From Clostridiaceae bacterium (GTDB taxonomy: Bacteria; Bacillota; Clostridia; DSM-8532): a stretch of 64,000 nt of DNA. The stretch's first letter is position 1. Each line of letters starts with the position of its first letter. The stretch covers positions 7,050-71,049 of the forward strand of contig JAAXZX010000074.1 of the NCBI GenBank assembly GCA_012719645.1, read 5' to 3'. The notes below the pieces were generated by a model. It did not search any database. It saw only the letters and a list, made by a program, of their open reading frames with translations, and was not told the origin of the DNA. The position numbers and the translations under genes are program-made. Below, piece after piece: positions 20,480 through 29,815 of this stretch.

Positions 20480-21265
20480 TTAATAGTCCACCAGCATCGA
20501 TTTTATGAAAGCGAAGAACTCCCTGAGATAGCTGTTGATCAAGATAACCGATGGCGTAGGAGCGGGTATGGCATAGGCCTCAAACCCGTTTCTTTTTGCG
20601 AGGATCCTTGCCCTGAGCACATGGAAATCGCTTGTTACGAACACAAGTTTTACAGGCTCTTCAAGATCCGGAGGCAGCAGGTCGCGGCTGAACCTGAAAT
20701 TCTCCATGGTGCTGGTGGACCTGGGCTCAGTTATGATGGAGACTTCGGGAATACCCCTTTTCACAAGGTATTCCGCCATGGATTCGGCTTCAGGTATGGG
20801 TTCATCGGCTCCCTGTCCGCCTGAAACAATAATCTTCACATGTGGATGTTCGGAGTAATACTCGGCCGCTTTATCCAGCCTGTTTGCAAGTGCAAGGGTC
20901 GGGCTGCCGTCAGGCCAGATACGGCATCCCAGGACAAGCAGCCAGTCCACGTTTCCCGCAAGTTCAGCCCTGTGGAGATACGGGTCGGCGATAATTAACC
21001 CTTCCGCAACGATAAAGAACACCAGGCAAGCTATGATGATCCATCTGATAACGGTCCTTATCTGCCTGCTCTTAATTATGGGCCGGTCAGTAAGCGCCAT
21101 TTTGAGGGCAGCTGTAACCAAAAAAACCCCAGAAAAGGCGGATACAACAATTCCCATGTTGACGCTCCTGGTATAATTCCATGTGTTGATGGAATCCCGG
21201 ACCAGGATGACCCCCAAAGCCGCGAAAAGTGCAACTGCAACAATTCTCCTTCTGTTCAATGCCAA
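20480..21265 (-). CDS. YdcF/DUF218 family membrane protein
   Basis: Three N-terminal TM segments; LVLG, IIVSGGQG.DE, STSTMENF, VTSDFHVLRA and REF motifs. Confidence 0.88.
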   Translation of the reverse strand: MALNRRRIVAVALFAALGVILVRDSINTWNYTRSVNMGIVVSAFSGVFLVTAALKMALTDRPIIKSRQIRTVIRWIIIACLVFFIVAEGLIIADPYLHRAELAGNVDWLLVLGCRIWPDGSPTLALANRLDKAAEYYSEHPHVKIIVSGGQGADEPIPEAESMAEYLVKRGIPEVSIITEPRSTSTMENFRFSRDLLPPDLEEPVKLVFVTSDFHVLRARILAKRNGFEAYAIPAPTPSVILINSYLREFFAFIKSMLVDY

Positions 21266-21320
21266 CCTCGCTCTTTCTATTCATATGCCCGCGGCAGCAT
21301 TGCCGCGAAAGCGGCCGCTC

Positions 21321-22070
21321 CTACTTTATTTCCTGTATTTCGACAGTATGGATTATGACATTCTTAAGCGGTTTATCCTCTTTATCGGTTTCCACCGCGG
21401 CGATCTTGTCCACAACATCCATCCCCTCGTACACCTGGCCGAAAACCGAATGCATGAAATTAAGACCCGGCGTGCCGCCATGTTCCACAAACAATGATAA
21501 CAGGTCCTCGGGATAACCGGCATCCCTCATGGCATCCACTTCACCTTCGGTAATCTGATCCCGCTGAACGATGAAGAACTGGCTTCCGTTTGTGTTCTTT
21601 CCGGCATTGGCCATGCTCAGGGCTCCCCTGTAATGGAGCAGGTTAAGGGAGAACTCGTCCTCAAATGGTTCGCCCCAGATGCTTTCTCCACCTGTTCCAT
21701 CACCCTTCGGGTCCCCGCCCTGGATCATGAAGTCATCGATGACCCTGTGGAAGGTCGTGTTATCATAATACCCGTTCCTTGAATGGGTAACGAAATTCTC
21801 CACCGCTTTGGGGGCCTCATTGGGAAACAGCAGTATCTTTATATCCCCCATGCTGGTTTTTATAATGGCTACGGTATCTCCCGATTTGGGCTGCCTGAAC
21901 TGGTATCCGGGGATATACTCCAATCCGCCCGTCTCAGTTGGGGTGGGTTCAGGCGTCCCGGTGGGTTTCCGGGTTTCGTCATCCCTCCCCGGCTCGGTTT
22001 TTGACGTGCAGCCCGATATCACAAACAGCGCCAATAATGCGGCAACCGCCGCGAGTCTTCTTCTTTTCAT
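21321..22070 (-). CDS. Cyclophilin-type peptidyl-prolyl cis-trans isomerase, lipoprotein
   Basis: Lipobox VISGC; [31 protein letters not shown] and HSVFGQV motifs; start ATG 22070 behind GGAGG. Confidence 0.92.
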   Translation of the reverse strand: MKRRRLAAVAALLALFVISGCTSKTEPGRDDETRKPTGTPEPTPTETGGLEYIPGYQFRQPKSGDTVAIIKTSMGDIKILLFPNEAPKAVENFVTHSRNGYYDNTTFHRVIDDFMIQGGDPKGDGTGGESIWGEPFEDEFSLNLLHYRGALSMANAGKNTNGSQFFIVQRDQITEGEVDAMRDAGYPEDLLSLFVEHGGTPGLNFMHSVFGQVYEGMDVVDKIAAVETDKEDKPLKNVIIHTVEIQEIK

Positions 22071-22268
22071 CAGTTTGTTCCTCCATTTGCCCGATTTTGT
22101 CCATATACCCAATACGGCATTTTCGGCTGCATTCTCATGCTTTTATTATTAAACCTTTTGGATTACCTATTATAACACATATTCCCACTGTGTTTAAACA
22201 TGGATCGATCTCCGTCATTTCCGCCCGTCCCGGGCTGCCCAGGCCTTTTGCAGTTGAACGGTTGTCTG

Positions 22269-22283
22269 TGTGACTATGTTACT
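22269..22283 (+). promoter_or_regulatory. Palindromic site TGTGAC-TAT-GTTAC upstream of trxA (candidate Crp/Fnr-family operator)
   Basis: Imperfect palindrome inside TTGTCT-17-TATAAT (22262-22290); a near-identical site lies at 27898-27912. Confidence 0.45.
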
Positions 22284-22384
22284 GTATAATAAATCCAACC
22301 TGAGCTATATTATTATCAGAGGAGCCAATAGCAGCCTGACGGAACCGGCAGTCGCAAGCGGTTCTACGAAAGGAGTTTTTAGCC

Positions 22385-22690
22385 ATGAATATTACGAAAG
22401 CAAATTTTGAATCCGAGGTTTTGAAATCAGACTTACCAGTCCTGGTGGATTTCTGGGCGCCCTGGTGCGGACCCTGCAGAATGCTCAGCCCGATAATTGA
22501 GGAACTTGGAAATGAACTGAAGGGCGAAGCAAAGGTAGTTAAAATAAATGTGGACGAGGAACCGGAACTCGCCTCCCAGTTTGGAGTCATGACCATACCG
22601 ACAGTCATAGCTTTCAAACAGGGCAAGGCCACATCCAAGGTCGTTGGCTTCAGGGCCAAGGAAGACCTTAAAAGTTTATTGCTGAGATAG
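22385..22690 (+). CDS. trxA: Thioredoxin
   Basis: WAPWCGPC active site; 101 aa; AAAGGAG RBS. Confidence 0.97.
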   Translation: MNITKANFESEVLKSDLPVLVDFWAPWCGPCRMLSPIIEELGNELKGEAKVVKINVDEEPELASQFGVMTIPTVIAFKQGKATSKVVGFRAKEDLKSLLLR

Positions 22691-22726
22691 TTTTGATTAC
22701 AACATAAAATGACCCGAATCCCATAT

Positions 22727-22773
22727 AAAAACCCGGGTTTCAATTGGCAAGCCGGTTGGAACCCGGGTTTTTT
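22727..22773 (+). terminator. Intrinsic terminator after trxA
   Basis: aaaaacccgggtt / aacccgggttttt inverted repeat ending in a T-run. Confidence 0.75.
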
Positions 22774-22822
22774 ATCGCATTAAAGCTCGTCATTACACCT
22801 GACAGCCCGCCAAGCGTTCCTG

Positions 22823-22851
22823 TTGACCATGAATCTCTACAGTGCTATTAT
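22823..22851 (+). promoter_or_regulatory. SigmaA promoter for the serine hydrolase gene
   Basis: TTGACC - 17 nt - TATTAT with an extended TG; implies a leader of about 125 nt. Confidence 0.55.
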
Positions 22852-22983
22852 TGGTTAGTATGTCATTATTATGCCATCTTCAGAAGTCCCTTCTTTTTTC
22901 ATCGTCCCCCCAAGGGCTCAAGGATGAACATAATTGACCTGTCATCCCCTGAACTCAGTTATATAGAAGGAAGTGGTAATAAT

Positions 22984-24036
22984 ATGTCTTTAAAGGCAAA
23001 GTGTATTTTGTTTTTGCTCATATCTGTCTTAATTATTGGAGGTTGCGGCACATCTGCTATGACGGCCGCCCAGAAAGATATGGCAAATCAGATAGACCAG
23101 CTGTTGACCAAAAGAAACTTCAGCGGATCCATTCTTGTGGTCAATAACGGGCGCATCATTCTCGATAAGGGCTATGGCCTTGCCAATCTGGAAGACAAAA
23201 CGGCAAATGAGCCCGATACGGTTTTCAGGCTCGGCTCCATAACTAAACAATTTACAGCAGCAGCGATCCTGCTTCTTGAGGAAAGAGGCGCCCTGACTGT
23301 GGATGACCCTCTCAGCAGGTATATCCCCGATTACCCCAACGGGGATAAAATAACCATACATAACCTGCTCACTCATACATCGGGCATTCCTGAATACCTT
23401 CAATATGTCGACCAGTCCGATGACTATCCCTATACACCCGCTGAACTTATCGATCTTTTTAAGCATGAACCCCTCTCTTTCAATCCCGGTGAGAAATTTA
23501 CCTACAGCAACTCCAACTATATTCTCCTGGGCTATATTATCGAACAGGTTTCCCAAATGACCTATGAGGAGTTTATGAAGGAAAACATCTTTAAACCGCT
23601 GGGAATGGATCACACAGGATATGGCAGCAACGGGTATTCCGCCGGAAAGGCTGTCGGCTATGAGAACATGCAGGAGGGCAGAGAATCACCGTATGTGAAT
23701 ATGGCTATTCCCTACGCCGCCGGGGCACTGGAATCAACCACCCGGGATCTTTATAAATGGCTCCAGGCACTTAATGGCGCCACGCTTTTGACCAGGGAAT
23801 CCCTGGACAAGATGTTTACCCCATACCTCGGCAATTATGGATACGGTTGGGTATTCGATCTTTTTTACAAAAATGAAATGTCCCATTCGGGCAGGATTAA
23901 CGGGTTTTCAACTTATATTTACCGCGACACAGAGCGGGATAATGCTCTCATAATCCTGAGCAACAAAGCCCTGGCAAGTATGACCATGCTCAGCGAGAAA
24001 ATCCTCCCGATCCTGAAGGCTGGAGGAGAAAGATAG
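22984..24036 (+). CDS. Serine hydrolase, beta-lactamase/AmpC-like family, probable lipoprotein
   Basis: SxxK (GSITKQF), YxN (YSNSNY) and HSG motifs; lipobox IIGGC; start reassigned to ATG 22984. Confidence 0.88.
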   Translation: MSLKAKCILFLLISVLIIGGCGTSAMTAAQKDMANQIDQLLTKRNFSGSILVVNNGRIILDKGYGLANLEDKTANEPDTVFRLGSITKQFTAAAILLLEERGALTVDDPLSRYIPDYPNGDKITIHNLLTHTSGIPEYLQYVDQSDDYPYTPAELIDLFKHEPLSFNPGEKFTYSNSNYILLGYIIEQVSQMTYEEFMKENIFKPLGMDHTGYGSNGYSAGKAVGYENMQEGRESPYVNMAIPYAAGALESTTRDLYKWLQALNGATLLTRESLDKMFTPYLGNYGYGWVFDLFYKNEMSHSGRINGFSTYIYRDTERDNALIILSNKALASMTMLSEKILPILKAGGER

Positions 24037-24140
24037 AAAAGAGGCGTGGCGGGTGACCGCCCCTGATTTGGACAGGCCGTTCCCATATGATATACTACAG
24101 GTAAGAATTCTGTTGGCATGCAAACAGCGGGTGATGAGAT

Positions 24141-24794
24141 ATGATAGATGCCAGGACACTAAGCGACATGCGGAAGGCTTTCCCGTTTGTAAAGGATTTG
24201 GGACCTGCAGAGGAACTGCTCTGCAATTCGGCGAGGCTGCACAGGTTTGAGGCAGGCACGGTTATCATGGACCAGAACCAGAACTGCTCAGGGGTTATCT
24301 TTGTCCTGTCGGGCGTAGTCAGGATCCTCAGGCTGTCAGAGGAGGGCAGGGAGATGACCCTGTACCGTATCAGCAGGGGTGAAACCTGTGTCCTCACGGT
24401 AGCCTGCCTCCTGGGAACCGGTGATGTTCCTTTCCCTGTTTCCGCATATGCTGAACAGGACACGACCGTGGTGCAGATACCTGTGGATACCTTCAGGCAG
24501 CTTTTTTTCGAATCACCGGCCGTCCAGAAGTTCATCTTTTCTTCCATGTCCGCCAAGTTCTACTCGGTGCTGGGGCTGCTGGAGAGCATTACCTTCAAGC
24601 GCACCAGCGACCGGCTGATGGATCTCCTGTTAACCAAAACCGCAGGCGGCGCATACCCGTTCTATGCCACCCATGAATCCATAGCATCTGACCTTGGAAC
24701 AGCGCGTGAAGTGGTAAGCAGATTGCTTAAAGATCTGGAGAGCAAGGGCATTGTAAAGCTGAGCAGGGGCAAAATCCAGTTGCTTAAGCCTTAG
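24141..24794 (+). CDS. Crp/Fnr family transcriptional regulator
   Basis: cNMP-like beta-barrel (SEEGREMTLYRI..GETC) plus the HTH THESIASDLGTAREVVSRLL; four Cys residues. Confidence 0.92.
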   Translation: MIDARTLSDMRKAFPFVKDLGPAEELLCNSARLHRFEAGTVIMDQNQNCSGVIFVLSGVVRILRLSEEGREMTLYRISRGETCVLTVACLLGTGDVPFPVSAYAEQDTTVVQIPVDTFRQLFFESPAVQKFIFSSMSAKFYSVLGLLESITFKRTSDRLMDLLLTKTAGGAYPFYATHESIASDLGTAREVVSRLLKDLESKGIVKLSRGKIQLLKP

Positions 24795-24896
24795 TGATTT
24801 TTGAATGAATAGATCGGCATACGGGAAAATGCCTTGATGAACAGGGTGAAAGCGGCCGGTTCCTGCCTTCTGCAGGAAGTCTGAGCTTAAAGGGCA

Positions 24897-26348
24897 TCAG
24901 ATATTAACCCGCTTCCAGGATGAGGGCGAGAACATCACCAGAACGGGCAGGATTTCCAGCCTGCCTATGAGCATGTCAACCGACAGGACGATTTTGCTAA
25001 GCAGCGAGAAGCTTGAGAAATTCCCCACAGGTCCTGCCACCCCAAGGCCCGGACCAACATTTCCGATGGTACAGATCACCGCAGTTACCGATGTAACCGG
25101 GTCTTTCCCTTCCAGTGCCACGATGAGGGTGGATACCACGAGAACTGCCATATAGAGAAAGAAGTAGGACATAACTGCGCCAAGGGCTTCTTCGCTGACC
25201 ACCTTGCCTCCAATCTTCACAGTGTGAACCGATCTCGGATGAATGATCTTCACTATTTCACGCCTGGCTGCCTTAAAGAGCAGTACAATACGAATGCACT
25301 TCAACGCGCCTCCGGTTGATCCGGCGCACGCCCCCACAAGCATCAGAACAACAAGGATCGCCTTGCTGAACACCGGCCAGAGGTTAAAATCGACAGTAGA
25401 GTATCCGGTTGTGGTTATTATGGAGCTTACCTGGAATGATGCGTAGCGCAGGCTGTCCCAGAAACCCTGGTATACCGTCCCCAAGGTGTTGATCACAATC
25501 AGTGCTATGGCAATAACCACGGTGCCTGTATAGAACCTAAATTCCTCATCACGCCAGAAAGCTTTGAAGTTTCCTTTCAGCCCCTGGTAATACAGTGAGA
25601 AATTCACCCCGAAAATGAACATGAACACGGTTATGATGATCTCCACAGCCACATTGTTATATTCTCCCACACTCCTGTTCATATTGGAGAATCCACCTGT
25701 ACCTGCAGTACCAAAGGCATGGATGAAGGCATCATACACCGGGAGTCCGGCAATGATAAGCAATATGACCTGAACCAAGGTCATGGCAATATATATTGCG
25801 TAGAGTATTTTCGCGGTCTGTCCTACCTTGGGAACCAGTTTTCCCGGCGCTGGCCCGGGGCTTTCAGCCTGCATGATGTGAAGTGATCCTGCCTTTGCGG
25901 AGGGCAGGATGGCCAGTGTCAGTACCAGCACACCCATCCCGCCGATCCAATGGGTGAAGCTTCTCCATAAGAGAAGTCCCTTTGGAACACTTTCAATGTC
26001 GGTAAGTATTGTCGACCCTGTTGTGGTAAAACCGGAAACACTTTCAAAAAAGGCATCTATGAACCTGGGTATCGCTCCGCTGAACAGGAAGGGAAGCGCC
26101 CCAAAGACTGATATCAGCAGCCAACCCAGGGCCACTATGGCAAAGCCGTCCCTGGTATAGAGATCATCATGTTCAACCCTGATCCGTGATATAGCCATAC
26201 CTGTTGCAATCAACAGCAGTATTGTAATGAGAAACGCGGTAAAATCGGGCTGCCCACAGGCCAGTGACACAAGCAACGAAGGCAGCATGCACGCTGCCTC
26301 GATGACAAGCACGTAACCCAGGTTCTTGACGATCAGCCTGATATTCAC
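24897..26348 (-). CDS. trkH: Trk system potassium uptake membrane protein TrkH
   Basis: SGFTTTG, GTAGTGGF, TTTGY and GNVGPG selectivity-filter motifs; GSTGG; GRLEI. Confidence 0.93.
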   Translation of the reverse strand: MNIRLIVKNLGYVLVIEAACMLPSLLVSLACGQPDFTAFLITILLLIATGMAISRIRVEHDDLYTRDGFAIVALGWLLISVFGALPFLFSGAIPRFIDAFFESVSGFTTTGSTILTDIESVPKGLLLWRSFTHWIGGMGVLVLTLAILPSAKAGSLHIMQAESPGPAPGKLVPKVGQTAKILYAIYIAMTLVQVILLIIAGLPVYDAFIHAFGTAGTGGFSNMNRSVGEYNNVAVEIIITVFMFIFGVNFSLYYQGLKGNFKAFWRDEEFRFYTGTVVIAIALIVINTLGTVYQGFWDSLRYASFQVSSIITTTGYSTVDFNLWPVFSKAILVVLMLVGACAGSTGGALKCIRIVLLFKAARREIVKIIHPRSVHTVKIGGKVVSEEALGAVMSYFFLYMAVLVVSTLIVALEGKDPVTSVTAVICTIGNVGPGLGVAGPVGNFSSFSLLSKIVLSVDMLIGRLEILPVLVMFSPSSWKRVNI

Positions 26349-27715
26349 TCCAGGATCCCTCCAGGCGCCAGTATCTCATTCAAATCAGTAAGACCGCTGT
26401 TCATGGTCACCACTATGACGCTGTCACCCAGCCTGATTGAGTCATTGCCATGGGGAATTATTATCTTTCCTTTCCTTGCAATGGCCGCCACAAGAGTGTT
26501 TTCTACCAATCTGAGCTTTTTCAGCGGCACATTGAGAAACCTGGTGGAAGTACCGGCAATAAATTCGATAGCTTCCGCTTTTCCGTTGATGATACGGTAA
26601 AGCGTTTCAATCGGGTTCCCTATGGCGTTCTTAAGACCCCTGACATAACGCACGATATGATTGGTCGTTATCAGCTTGGGGTTGATAATGTTATCGATAC
26701 CCATTGTCTTTATCACATGCGGGTAATCGGTCCTGGTGACCTTGGCTACCACCTTGCCTACATTCAGCTGTTTGGCGGTAAAGGCCATCATCAGGTTCAC
26801 CTCATCGTTGCCTGTTAGGGATATAAAGGCATCCATGTCGCGGACGTTTTCAGAAAGAAGCAGGGATTCGTCAGAACCGTCTCCATGAATGATAAGGGTA
26901 TCGGGGAGAAGCTCGGTGAGTTCCAGGCATCTTTCCCGGTTATTGTCAACGATCTTTACCTTCATATCGTTTTTCCTGAGAAGCTGCACCAGGTAATAAG
27001 CAATCCTGCCGCCTCCAACAACCATGATGTTCCTGATTTTCTGTGTGCATTTCCCAATCTGCCTGCAGAAATTATAAACGCTTGACGGGCTGCCTACCAC
27101 ATAAAGGATATCGCCCTTCTGTATTTCAAAATCGCCGTTCGGGATAACCAGATCTTCGCCTCTTAGCACCGCGCCAATCAGGATATCCGAAGAAATAGCC
27201 CTGTGAATGTTTTTAAGCTGCATTCCTACAATCGGTGTATCATCCGCAAGGATTTCCACAATCTCAACCCTGCCCCTGGCAAAGACTTCTATATTGACCG
27301 CGGAAGGGAATCTCAGAAGCTGGGCAATTTCGCCGGCAGCAGCCTGCTCCGGGTTGATGACAAGGTCAAGACCAAGCTCATGCTTCAGGATCGATAGTTC
27401 ATCAGTGTATTCCGGATCCCTGATCCTGGCCACTGTGTGGCCGGCGCCAAGCCTTTTGGCGGTAAGACAGCAGACCATGTTCAATTCATCCCTTGAAGTA
27501 GCAGCGATAACGAGGTCCGCCTGCCTGACGCCTGCCTCGATCATGACACGAGCACTTACACCGCTTCCTCTGACGCACATTACATCAAGGTTCTCGCTGG
27601 CCTTCCTGAGCGCCTCGTCACTCTTGTCAATAACGATTATATCATTGTCTTCCTGCGACAGGGTTTCAGCCAGGCTATAGCCCACCTTGCCGTCTCCTAC
27701 GATAATTATCTTCAT
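26345..27715 (-). CDS. trkA: Trk system potassium uptake protein TrkA (tandem RCK domains)
   Basis: GDGKVG and GGGRIA Rossmann motifs; 456 aa; overlaps the trkH start by 4 nt. Confidence 0.93.
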   Translation of the reverse strand: MKIIIVGDGKVGYSLAETLSQEDNDIIVIDKSDEALRKASENLDVMCVRGSGVSARVMIEAGVRQADLVIAATSRDELNMVCCLTAKRLGAGHTVARIRDPEYTDELSILKHELGLDLVINPEQAAAGEIAQLLRFPSAVNIEVFARGRVEIVEILADDTPIVGMQLKNIHRAISSDILIGAVLRGEDLVIPNGDFEIQKGDILYVVGSPSSVYNFCRQIGKCTQKIRNIMVVGGGRIAYYLVQLLRKNDMKVKIVDNNRERCLELTELLPDTLIIHGDGSDESLLLSENVRDMDAFISLTGNDEVNLMMAFTAKQLNVGKVVAKVTRTDYPHVIKTMGIDNIINPKLITTNHIVRYVRGLKNAIGNPIETLYRIINGKAEAIEFIAGTSTRFLNVPLKKLRLVENTLVAAIARKGKIIIPHGNDSIRLGDSVIVVTMNSGLTDLNEILAPGGILE

Positions 27716-27750
27716 GGTTCAGACCTTCACATCACCGAAATATCATAATC

Positions 27751-27779
27751 AGCATATTAAACGGTATCGGTTTTGTCAA
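27751..27779 (-). promoter_or_regulatory. SigmaA promoter for trkA-trkH
   Basis: TTGACA - 17 nt - TATGCT on the minus strand. Confidence 0.5.
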
Positions 27780-27897
27780 CACAGCCATCATACCTGTATG
27801 GCGCTAAATGCTGCCGGGTGTCATATTAACCCGACAGGGGCAATATAACATGGAAGGTTCCATTGCCCCGGTCTTCTGATTCTTTGGCTGTAAGATC

Positions 27898-27912
27898 TGT
27901 AACATGGTCACC
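27898..27912 (+). promoter_or_regulatory. Palindromic site TGTAAC-ATG-GTCAC upstream of the CoADR-rhodanese gene
   Basis: Sits about 30 nt upstream of TATGAT / TG-A-TATAAT -10 elements (27934-27944), a Crp class II-like position; same motif as at 22269. Confidence 0.45.
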
Positions 27913-28008
27913 GACCATATGCTCCCGACAATGTATGATATAATTGGCTTGCAGAAATCCCTGCTGCAAGGTATATTTCCCTTTGACCCATGGAAAGGAG
28001 TGTTCTTG

Positions 28009-29706
28009 TTGGGCAGAAAGGTATTGATTGTCGGTGGCGTCGCTGGAGGCGCCACAGCCGCGGCGAGGCTCAGGAGGCTTGATGAGGAAGCCCGGATAAT
28101 CATGTTTGAAAAGGGTGACTACATATCCTTTGCCAATTGCGGCCTTCCCTACTATATAGGCGATGTAATCAGGGATAAGGACGTTCTGACCCTCCAGACT
28201 CCCGAATCCTTTTCACGGCGTTATAACGTGGATGTAAGGATAAAAAGCGAGGTGACCGGCATCAACCGCCGGGACAGGATGGTAACCGTCAGGGATCTTG
28301 CCTCGGGCAAAACCTATGATGAATCCTATGACGTGCTGATTCTTTCACCCGGAGCGGAGCCGGTTGTGCCTCCCATTGAGGGGGCGCGCCTTGACGCTGT
28401 TTTTACCCTGCGCACCATTCCGGACACATTCAGGATCAAGGAATACATACAAAGGAACAGGCCCCGTCGCGCCGCAGTGGTCGGGGCAGGGTATATCGGC
28501 ATGGAAATGGCCGAGAACCTCCATAATCTCGGACTTGATGTTTCGGTAATCGAGCTGACCGATCACGTGATTCAGCCGCTGGACCCTGACATGGCCGCAG
28601 AGGTTCATCATCACATTATGAGCATGGGTGTTTCCCTGCATCTTGGCAAGGCTGTGGCAGCCATCAGGCCGTCCGGGGATGGTTATGAACTGGCCCTGAG
28701 CAGCGGTGAAAGCCTTCCCGCGGATATGGTGATCCTTGCCGTGGGGGTCCGTCCCGAAAGCAGGCTTGCCAGTGAGGCCGGGCTTGAAACCGGGAACCGG
28801 GGCTGTATTGTCACCAACAACCGGATGCAGACCTCCGACCCGAATATATACGCAGTGGGCGATGCGGTGGAGGTTATGGATTTTGTAACCGGTGAAAAGG
28901 TGTTCGTTCCCCTTGCCTCGCCCGCCAACAAGCAGGGGCGCATAGCCGCCGACAACATATGCGGGATTGACAGCACATACAGCGGCGCCCAGGGCACAGC
29001 AATACTGAAAGCCTTTGACATGACCGTGGCCGTTACCGGAAGTAATGAGCGGACCCTTAAGGGCCTGGGAATCGACTATGAGAAATCCTATACATATAGC
29101 CCATCCCATGCCGACTATTACCCCGGAGCGGATTACATGACCATAAAGCTCCTGTTTGACAGAAAAACCGGCGTCATACTTGGCGCCCAGATCGTCGGCC
29201 GACAGGGAGTGGACAAGCGCATTGATGTTTTGGCCACAGCCATACGGGCCGGGATGAAGGTACAGGACCTGGCGGAGCTTGAGCTTGCCTATGCCCCTCC
29301 TTTCGGTTCTGCCAAAGACCCGGTCAACATAGCCGGTTATGTGGCATCCAACATCCAAAACGGCAGCATGCGGGTATTCCACTGGCATGACGTCAGCCGG
29401 ATCGACCCTGCCAGTTCCATCCTTCTTGACGTGAGGACAAAAAAAGAATTTGAAAGGGGAACCCTGAAAGACGCCATAAATATACCCCTCGACTCCCTCA
29501 GGGACCGCATCGATGAACTGGACAGGAACAAGCCGGTATATGTCTTCTGCCAGGTCGGCCAGAGGGGCTATATTGCTTCACGCATACTTATGCAGAATGG
29601 GTTCAGCCAGGTCTGCAACCTGTCTGGCGGCTATCGTTTATACAGGATGGTTTCCTCCCCTCCGAGCCTGCGGGAAGCGGGTGCTGCCGGAAGCACTGAC
29701 CACTGA
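28009..29706 (+). CDS. CoA-disulfide reductase with C-terminal rhodanese domain (persulfide/polysulfide reductase-like)
   Basis: GGVAGG, SFANCGLPY (redox Cys), GAGYIG and YAPPFGSAKDP motifs; rhodanese VFCQVGQRG; TTG start after AAAGGAG. Confidence 0.9.
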   Translation: MGRKVLIVGGVAGGATAAARLRRLDEEARIIMFEKGDYISFANCGLPYYIGDVIRDKDVLTLQTPESFSRRYNVDVRIKSEVTGINRRDRMVTVRDLASGKTYDESYDVLILSPGAEPVVPPIEGARLDAVFTLRTIPDTFRIKEYIQRNRPRRAAVVGAGYIGMEMAENLHNLGLDVSVIELTDHVIQPLDPDMAAEVHHHIMSMGVSLHLGKAVAAIRPSGDGYELALSSGESLPADMVILAVGVRPESRLASEAGLETGNRGCIVTNNRMQTSDPNIYAVGDAVEVMDFVTGEKVFVPLASPANKQGRIAADNICGIDSTYSGAQGTAILKAFDMTVAVTGSNERTLKGLGIDYEKSYTYSPSHADYYPGADYMTIKLLFDRKTGVILGAQIVGRQGVDKRIDVLATAIRAGMKVQDLAELELAYAPPFGSAKDPVNIAGYVASNIQNGSMRVFHWHDVSRIDPASSILLDVRTKKEFERGTLKDAINIPLDSLRDRIDELDRNKPVYVFCQVGQRGYIASRILMQNGFSQVCNLSGGYRLYRMVSSPPSLREAGAAGSTDH

Positions 29707-29815
29707 ACAAAAAAAATAACAGCATAAGGTCGGCTTTTGTTGAAAGCCCTTATCCGGTCATGCTATTATAGCAATGGTTTGTTATTCGCAGCAAAAATAT
29801 GCAGGAGGAAATCCC

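Noticed and set aside
27716-27900. c-di-AMP (ydaO) riboswitch upstream of trkA-trkH
   Set aside because: The promoter is close to the start codon and no ydaO consensus was seen.
28345-29388. 347-aa minus-strand ORF
   Set aside because: Antisense shadow of the CoA-disulfide reductase; no recognisable protein features.
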